From NCBI GenBank assembly GCA_951406725.2, contig OX597828.1, forward strand, positions 8,990,001 through 9,054,000: a DNA stretch of 64,000 bases. The letters run 5' to 3'. The notes under the pieces were generated by a model. The model had not been told where the DNA came from. It saw only the letters and a program-made list of their open reading frames with translations, and did no database searches. Shown in pieces: positions 55,396-64,000 of the stretch. Made by a program: the position numbers and the translations under genes. Source of the DNA: Octopus vulgaris. Taxonomy: Eukaryota. Numbering within the stretch: position 1 is the stretch's first letter; each line of letters starts with the position of its first letter.

Positions 55396-58300
55396 ACATA
55401 TATATTCATATATAACAACGGCAATAATAAGAATCGATATAAATTTATATATCATAAGTCCAGTGTTGGTACACAAGATCAGAAACTCTATCTGTACTAT
55501 ACATGTAAGAGAAGAATGAGATACAGCGTCCCCCGAAGGGTTTATTGACAGCATCTTAGAGAAGGTGTATATGGTTTGCTTCCGCAATATACAGTACAGG
55601 CCAATTGCTTATCAATATGTTATGAATTATGTTAATCTGAATAGAGGACTATTGTAGAGGGTTAAAAAGACAGCGTTTTATTTGAGCCCAGATCGGAGGA
55701 GACAGATTTGAAGGTATGAGGACAGAGTGATTAGTAGACATGTGGAGCAAATCTGGCTGAGTATAATGTTTAGTAGAAGGGGAGATAATGTAGTAGGGCT
55801 AGAAGGAGGAAGTGGTACGATGTTTACATTTGAAGAAAACACTAGCATCCCTGATAAAGAAGAAATTTTAGTTAAGATTTGGAAGTCTCTAATGAAAAAT
55901 GTATAGAATGCTTGATTAAGTCAATAATTTCAAACGTACTCTTTTGTCGGATCTATCTATATATATAGAAAGATAGATATAGATATACCTATTTTCATAT
56001 AATGGTCATCATATGCCAAATGTCAATTTTCAAATCGCGACACTAAAATCCAACTGCTATAATATCAACTAAATAATGGCTCTTCAAAAATTTAATTCTT
56101 CTACTATTAAATTTCTAAACATTCGTCTATAGTGTTTTAAACCTACATATCTATATACATAATTATTAAATCATTACTTAGACATTTGTCTGTAAACGTG
56201 TATTTAGTTCTTAATATTAACATCACTACCAGCAACAACAAAACCATCAATAAGACTTATGCAGTTCTAGCAGATAATATCTTGTAAATTACGCTGTATA
56301 TGGGATGATTCACTTTTTAGGTTTTCTTCAGTAGTCACTCTTAACACATATTCTAATTTTCTTTTGTAATATACGTATGTATATATATATATATCAAAAT
56401 ATTGCTCTTGGTCTCCTCCCAAATAGCAGTTCCCTCCCTTTTCACATCTCTTCGCACTCACACTAATAAAAATACAAGTTGTTCCTCCTCTTCTCTACCT
56501 TCTCAAACATTCAGTATTATTTTCGTGTGTCTCTCTCTCCTATAATTTCTCTATATGGATGATGAATAAAAAAAGCGTTCCTCCCTTACCTTACACTAGC
56601 GATTGGTCTCCCTCCTTCGCTTTCACACCTTCAGCATTTTCAACACTTTCACTGCAACACTTTCAAACAGATTTCTCACCCTCCTAGTTTTCCTTTTTGT
56701 CCCGTCTCTTTGCCTCTTCTTCTTCCAGCACCATGGCACTTTCCTCCTACCATTACCTATTCATACCTTTTTCCAACCATTCACCGGCCGAATCTATATA
56801 AGTAGTATAATTCTTTAATTTCTGAAACATAACCATTTTGATGATGTTCAGGTAACGAACACATTACTGATACGAAAGCGGTCATATTGTAAGTCAATTA
56901 ATAAATTTGTGGGTGCCTAGGTGTAATGTGTATGATCTGTGTCGCAATGGGGTGCGTAAAACAGGATTTCAATACAGAAATGACAAACATGAATGTCAAT
57001 GTTGTGAAGCATTTCGTCGCAGTTATTCGTTATCGTCCACTAACTTACGTAAGATTACCAATTTCTCTGCACAGTTTTATTTCGAATATCCCGTGTCAAG
57101 CTTCAACTTACATCGAGGAGAGAAGAATAAGTGTGAAAACTACCTTTGTTCACAATATAGGCCAAATTTATCGCTTAAATAGCTTATAATATATCATCTA
57201 ACACTGAATTTGTCAAAGTTAAGATATAAATGTATATAAATATCAGGGGAAATGGCAGAGACTTTAATCGATTGCAGAATGTGCTAGAAAGAACAGCCAC
57301 ATCTGTCTCAGCGTCATTATTAGTAAGCATTTCATAAATTATCGGCTTCATGAAATGAGACAAAATTATTACAACAGCATCTTTCAAGAACATTTAAATT
57401 TGCTTTCGTATATATTGATAAATTGTTTTCATACAGTTTTATAGATTTCGGGAAGGAAATGGGATGAACACTGATTCACAAGCTCACCGACGAAGAAGAG
57501 TTTTGTTAACAACAGTAAGGCGAAAGTAAGCTAAATATTCGATCGAATGGTACTTAAATACCAGCCTAAACTACGTTGATTTAAACTCCTTCCTATCAAA
57601 ATAGAAGACTACATGGGAAAATACAGATACTATGACATTCAAAGAGACTAGATAGTCACGGCTGGAAGACCTTTGCTCAACTCGACTAAAATGGTTTAGG
57701 AAATTCAACATTATCACCACCAACAGAACAATAGTATTCATCTGGACCAAACAATAAAAAAGAAATTAGCTTTCATATTGAAAAAGTTTGTTTAAGGTAT
57801 CTACCCAACTTTCACTTTATATATGTAGTAAGTAACGTGTAAAGGGATATGATTATGAATTATTAAAATATGAAGAAAAACAAATATAAAAAAGGAATAC
57901 GTGTCAGTAAAAGTGTTTCATTCTGCAGCCATATAATTACTATTAAAATGACGTCAATATTTTTTGCTTTGTTCTATTACTTCATGTTATTTCTTATGTT
58001 GAAAACAGAAAAAAAAAGAGAAAAAGAAAAGAAAAAAGAGAGGCACATTAAAACGCTCGCAATAAAAGCAGACTTGAAATATCACAATAAAGTATTTCTT
58101 TTGTTGTCTATGCAGTGTATTACACACAATTAAAACAAACACACACATATACATAAATGTGATGGGGGTTTATCATATGTACATACATGTATATATGCAT
58201 ATATATATATGTATAAATATATGCATGCAAATTGTATATATATATATATATATATATGTCAATCATATATGGATATATATCCGCATGTAGAAGTAAGCTC

Positions 58301-58458
58301 ATAGATGCACAACAAGGTGGGAGTATAATACTCAAATACCAAAGGTAGAATAATGTTCTATTTAATATAATATTTACTTAAGCTGAAAAAGATCTGAACA
58401 AACTTCTACAGAGAGCTCCATGGGACCGTTTGTCAGACACTTTCCCAAATGCACACAC

Positions 58459-58583
<125 letters not shown>

Positions 58584-58584
58584 C

Positions 58585-58925
58585 TTTTATTCTTTGACTG
58601 CAGCCACGCAGGAGCACTGCTTTTACTTGAACAAATCGACCCCATGACTTATTCTTTGTAAGCCAAGTATTTATTCCATCGGTTGGCAAGCGATGTTGGG
58701 GAACAAACACACACATACAAACATACATACACACACAGACAGACATACACACATATGTATGTGTATATATATATATATATATACGACGGGCTTTTTTCAG
58801 TTTCCGCCCACTCAAGGATTTGCTGGTCCGAGGCAATAGTAGAAGACAGTTGTTTAGGCTGCCATGCAATGGGACTGAACAAAGAACCATGTGCTTGGTA
58901 AGCAAGCTTCTTACCACATAGCGAC
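58585..58925 (-). mobile_element. SINE of the same family as 43660-44085
   Basis: Reverse complement reads TGTGGTAAGAAGCTTGCTTACCAAGCACATGGTTC..TTCAGTCCCATTGCATGGCA..GCCTCGGACCAGC..GGAAACTGAAAAAAGCCCGTCGTATA. Confidence 0.8.
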
Positions 58926-59591
58926 TCATATAGTCACTATATATAGTCACTACTATATATATATATGCATATATCCATTCAGATACGTAAATATACATTA
59001 TACATGTATATTATATATGTGTGTGTGTGTGTATTCCTGCATGCATGTATGTGTATTTATATATGTATACACACACACACATATATATGTATGTACATGG
59101 TACCTGGAGGAGAAATATGTTTAAAAAGGGAAAAGACAAGAAAAGATAAGAAACCGATTAAGTTTCGACAAGATATATGACAATAACTGAAAAATATTTA
59201 GCTCCATTTTCAGAAGCCTTAGATAAATATATACCTTAATATTATACATTAGGGTAGTTACATTTGAATTTGAATTGTGGTGTATTTGTGCATCACATAT
59301 TGAAATGTCGCACCTATTTACTAATAACATTTGTCTAAGAAATTCAGTTAGTTGATATTCGTTTTCTTCTGGAGCGGGGTGGGTCACAATATTTATTAGA
59401 TCTTCTTTGTCGGTGGTCGTTATTGTCTCTCCGCTCGACATAATATCTAGTTTTCATTTACGATGTAACACTGATATAAATACATACATACATACATACA
59501 TATATATGTATATATATGCACTTATATATTTATTAGAATTTTATGTATATGCATATATATATGCATGTATATGCATATATATATATGTATG

Positions 59592-59683
<92 letters not shown>

Positions 59684-60219
59684 TACATACATACATATTT
59701 ATATGTATGTGTATTAAAGTGAGTATTTAAGATCGTTCCATGTGAGAGCATATTTATTTATGTATCTGTGTGTAGTTGATGCGGGTTTAAACCTGTATAT
59801 GAATGTGTGTATACATATTTGCATAAATATATACTATGTACGTATGTATAAACTCACACGCACACATACACACACAGACACATATATATGTGTTATGTAT
59901 GTATAAGAATTGCATTTCCGAACATGAAAGGTTTTTACTATATGTACCGTTCAATAATTGCGACATTATAAAATGAATCTCAAATGTAATAATACTGTTT
60001 TAAGAAAGAAGGAAATAATAAAAGAAAGAATGAACGGAGGAAGGAAAGTAGGAAAGAAAGAAATAAAAATGTCGCAATAGAAACACGAACAAAGCGAGAT
60101 ATAACAACAATAACAAGAGAGAAAAAAAAACAAACTAAAAGTTACTTTCATAATTCTAATCTGATTTTATGAGAAATGTGTATATACTTATATCTATATA
60201 CCTCTATAAACATACATGC

Positions 60220-60276
<57 letters not shown>

Positions 60277-62852
60277 TATGTGTGTGTGACTGTGTGTATA
60301 ATGTGTTTATATATTCTCATTACCATTATTTTTATTATCATTATTGTTGTTGTTGTGGCTGTTGTTAGTAGTTAGAGTTGTAGTTATTATATGTATGTAT
60401 TACGAGAAAGCTACGGAGGAAGAGTAAGGGCAACAGACAAATATATGTATGTATATTGATTACTCCTCAAATAAAATGTTCGAGGGGAAGAAATAGGGAG
60501 ACATATAAAACATGAAATATGATGGCGTGACTGATGGAATTGGTAAAACAAATATCTTTGGGCTTGAACACAAAAGCAGATTCCATATTATTATGAATAT
60601 TTTATACTTTATTCCATTAGACTATTTTTGTGAAGCAATAATTTTCTTTATGGTTTTCATATGTAGATATGTTTCTAATTTATATTTAAGATTCTTTCTT
60701 CGTAAGGTCAATTCTCCCTACACTTTGTCATTAGTTTTTAGGTTCAGTACATGAAGAATATCTTTACCGCATATTTATGCCATGTATTCTTCGTTTCAAG
60801 TTGGACAATCTTTTCCCATTTATTATTTTTTCTCTTTAGAATATTGCATTGTTTCAGATAGACGCCAACTGTTCTGGAATCAATATATTCAACGTAATTG
60901 TATATTTGGTTTTCAAGATATATATGTGTGTGTATGTGTGTGTATGCATGTATATAATATAGCATAATATAAGTATAATATAATATAATATAATATAATA
61001 TAATATAATATATATATATATTATACATATATGCGTTCATATATGTATATATAGTTAAATTTGCGCAAACACTACACAGTCTTACATGATTTCATATATA
61101 TAATTTTTGTATCGACTTTGAGCCTTAGTAATGTTCCAATGCTACTGGAAAGTTGTGGCTATGTTTGTTTCTATTCCCAGCCGTATTACTTTCGTAAATC
61201 AATGATGATTCTGATGTAATTTATATTATATTTAAACCTTTCGCAGGCTTTCGGCGTGTCTTATGTTACATTAGTCTGAATATAAAATACAAATATAGAT
61301 TTCTCGTTAGATATATATAATTTTGATAGTTAAAATTTGCTTATGTATCAAGATTAGTTGAATAGAACATAAACATTTGAAGTTTCCCTCGTATATGAAT
61401 ATAAGTAGTCACGGTGGAGCTACGGATTTGATTTTTCTTAGTCGAAATTAATAGGAATATAAAGTTTAAAACATCAACTAGAATTCAAGTTAGTTATTCT
61501 CTCCTGGCATAAGAGCTTTTAAATGCCTTCAATACACACTGACTTGAGTCTCTGATAAACTGCCGTTTCCGAGTTAGTGACACATTTTTTCCGACAATTC
61601 GCTTCTATTTTTATTCACAAATGAAAATATAATTAGATTCTACCCTCAACTTTCATTATAAATAGCTGTGTCTATGCATATATTAATTTTCTTTTCCAGT
61701 TCATTGCCTCTCTCATTTGAATAATAATCCAAAGGAAGAAAAGTCTTCCGGTTATTTTGGCCGAAAATCTCATCCTCTGGTTCTACAAAAGACATAGGTT
61801 TCTTCTCCGATCACCGAACACCTTAAATCATAAATGATTCTTCGCGAAATTCTTTTTCAGAAAATATCTATTTCATTGAAGATATAATTTTCATGGAATA
61901 CCACAATTTAATTTTACCCTTCACCGGTGAACTCAATGTACGTTTTTTTCTTCTTTTTTATCTTTTGCTGTCACATACATCAAATACTGATGACCATATG
62001 AGAAGCTAATTCTAGAATTCTATCGCTCTCCGCAACTGTACGCCATATATTTCCCTCCACCTACACATACATGTTCTGCCTATACACGTACTCGGTGAAA
62101 CCATCCCTCTATATAAAGATTTTTGTCTACTAGACTGCTGGATCAGCGTCACTACATAAAATACATCTACTTAATATGCAGTGTCTCACATTTCACTAAA
62201 GCCATGATATCATAGATCAGATGAATTGTTGTAGTTCAGACAGCTGTTGCTGACTATTCTTGGAGGCAGATGCACATTACCTCAGAGAAGCCTACAAGTC
62301 TTAAAGTTAGTTCAGTTATGAATATACACCAAAATTTCGTAATAACAATGGCGGTGTATAAACGTTCGACAAAATAACACAATTCTACTCAGCGCAATAA
62401 CAAGTAGAAGACAATCATCTGAAAGGTGGAGTATGTTACATACCGCACATCCTGGAAGGTGTTCCGATTCCCAAAGTATGTACATTATTTAATCATAATG
62501 TTTGTTTATTCTGTACACTTCCTAATAATGTTTCACGCTTTGTAAACATTTTGCCTCACACCAAACATTGCTTATGTTAGATAAATCACAAACGAAACTA
62601 TACGCTTTTCTTTTACCAGCTAGGCTCACCTCCATGAAACACACAAATGCCACACGTGAAGCTACTCCAGTCATATCAAACCAATGAGTACGTCATTCCT
62701 TCCGCTTCCATCACTAATGTTTGCTTTAAATCTTGTATTCGATCCCATCCTCACAAAACTCTCTCTCTTTCTGTCTCTCCCCTCTTTTGTCCTGTTTCTG
62801 TATGTTAAAATAGTCACTGTATCGCTGAAGAAAAGCTGACTAATCTTTCAGA

Positions 62853-62950
62853 CTATTGTTTAACGACACTCATCTGTAAAGTCCCAGGCTGGACACACCC
62901 ATTATTAATTGCAGCCTTCACTGCTTGAAATTCTCTCACTATTTTCTGTT
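62853..62950 (-). other. Candidate isolated (terminal) exon, unverified
   Basis: Acceptor-like GTTTTTATTTTTTCAG, then one open frame QKIVREFQAVKAAINNGCVQPGTLQMSVVKQ*, in a microsatellite-poor region; no recognisable homology. Confidence 0.2.
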
Positions 62951-64000
62951 CTGAAAAAATAAAAACTTTTTCTATGGACTTTGTCACATATGTCTTTCGA
63001 TATCGGTTCTGGCACAAAAATTATAAGACCTATATCTCTCGTCTCTCTTAGATTGCTGTCTTCACGTTAAATGACGCCAGCATAATACGTCTCAGGAGTT
63101 TCATTTGATCCACATTCTTTCAATTTCGGTATTTGTTGAGTCTGATGTATACATCATTTTATGTATCAACAACCTAATTATTATCAACCACAACAACATC
63201 CACACAGACAGAAATTTCACATCAGTGATATCTCCAATTCTCTTTTGCTAAGAGTCATTAATATAGAATATATTCACATCGCTCTAAAGATACTCTGTCT
63301 CCGAATAATACACAAACGTCTTAATAATGAAATTATAAATTGAATAGTTCAGCCTAGGCATAAAACAGAATGGTTATGTTTTGAATTGTAGACATATTTT
63401 ACAAGTGCTGACGGGAGAGGCTAAACAATTCGAATATTACATGTGAGTGGTCATTGCCGAGGCATATAAAAAAAATCGGTGCATGGCAAAATAAAGCAAA
63501 TATAATATATTCCTCAACCAATTAGAAAGGAAAGCAAATTGTAACCCGAATTCTGAAGTGCTCAAGTGCTAGAATTTACCATTATTGAGAATCGGTCTCG
63601 TAAAATATATATCTTTAGCATACCCTAAAGCTTTTATCACGTAGACTGATATTCTTCAGCATCTTATATTACTCCAGCGCCAAAAAAAAAAAAAAACAAC
63701 CAAATGTGTACAGGTATCAGGTGCACACCTAAATGGAAACCTGTGTCTGTATCTGCCAGGCAGGCAGGGAAGCGATATTTTAAGCTGACTACGGAGATAT
63801 GTTTTGAGTCCTATAAGCTAAATCCATTCACAAACGCACAGCAATAGAAAGGCTGTTTTTTCTACCTGTCTACTCTGACTGGAATGCCTTCTGCTTCCGC
63901 AAGCTTGCCTATTCTGCTGATTAAGGGTAAAGTAGAAGGATATTTCTCAAGATTAATATGGTGTGCCTGATACATATTGGAGCTTAACATCCCTGAAGCT

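Noticed and set aside
55540-55910. Possible decayed PLE endonuclease (LYIAE-like) on the minus strand
   Set aside because: Too degraded to support without a profile search
63700-63980. Weak inverted repeat GTATCAGG(TG)CACACC / GGTGTGCCTGATAC
   Set aside because: Too short and imperfect, with no TSD, to call a MITE

Overview
Eukaryotic, very AT-rich, microsatellite-saturated non-coding DNA. The SINE families, R4/Dong LINEs and (TA)n load resemble an Octopus/cephalopod genome (inference from remembered repeat consensus, not a search). No intact host gene is recognisable, and nearly all listed ORFs are microsatellite artefacts. Ordinary content: about 10 tRNA-derived SINE copies, three stacked R4/Dong-type (RLE) LINE 3' ends in a (TAA)n array, a decayed Tx1-like LINE, mariner remnants, two non-autonomous Helitrons and Penelope-like fragments. 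The notable signal is a set of non-coding, highly structured elements sitting in (TA)n/(TG)n tracts and carrying type I hammerhead ribozymes. These are: a near-identical 3 x ~490-bp tandem array (49252-50727) with one intact hammerhead per unit and an unusually long stem II; a second ~494-bp family in two diverged copies with compensatory base changes (17.3 kb and 24.0 kb); a 364-bp family whose insertion copied 112 bp of adjacent host DNA between 189-bp inverted arms (22.6-23.6 kb); and small foldback hammerhead elements (2.8 kb and 4.3 kb). Together they suggest several retrozyme (circular-RNA-producing) families, probably mobilised by Penelope-like elements. All RNA folds were paired by eye and not computed.
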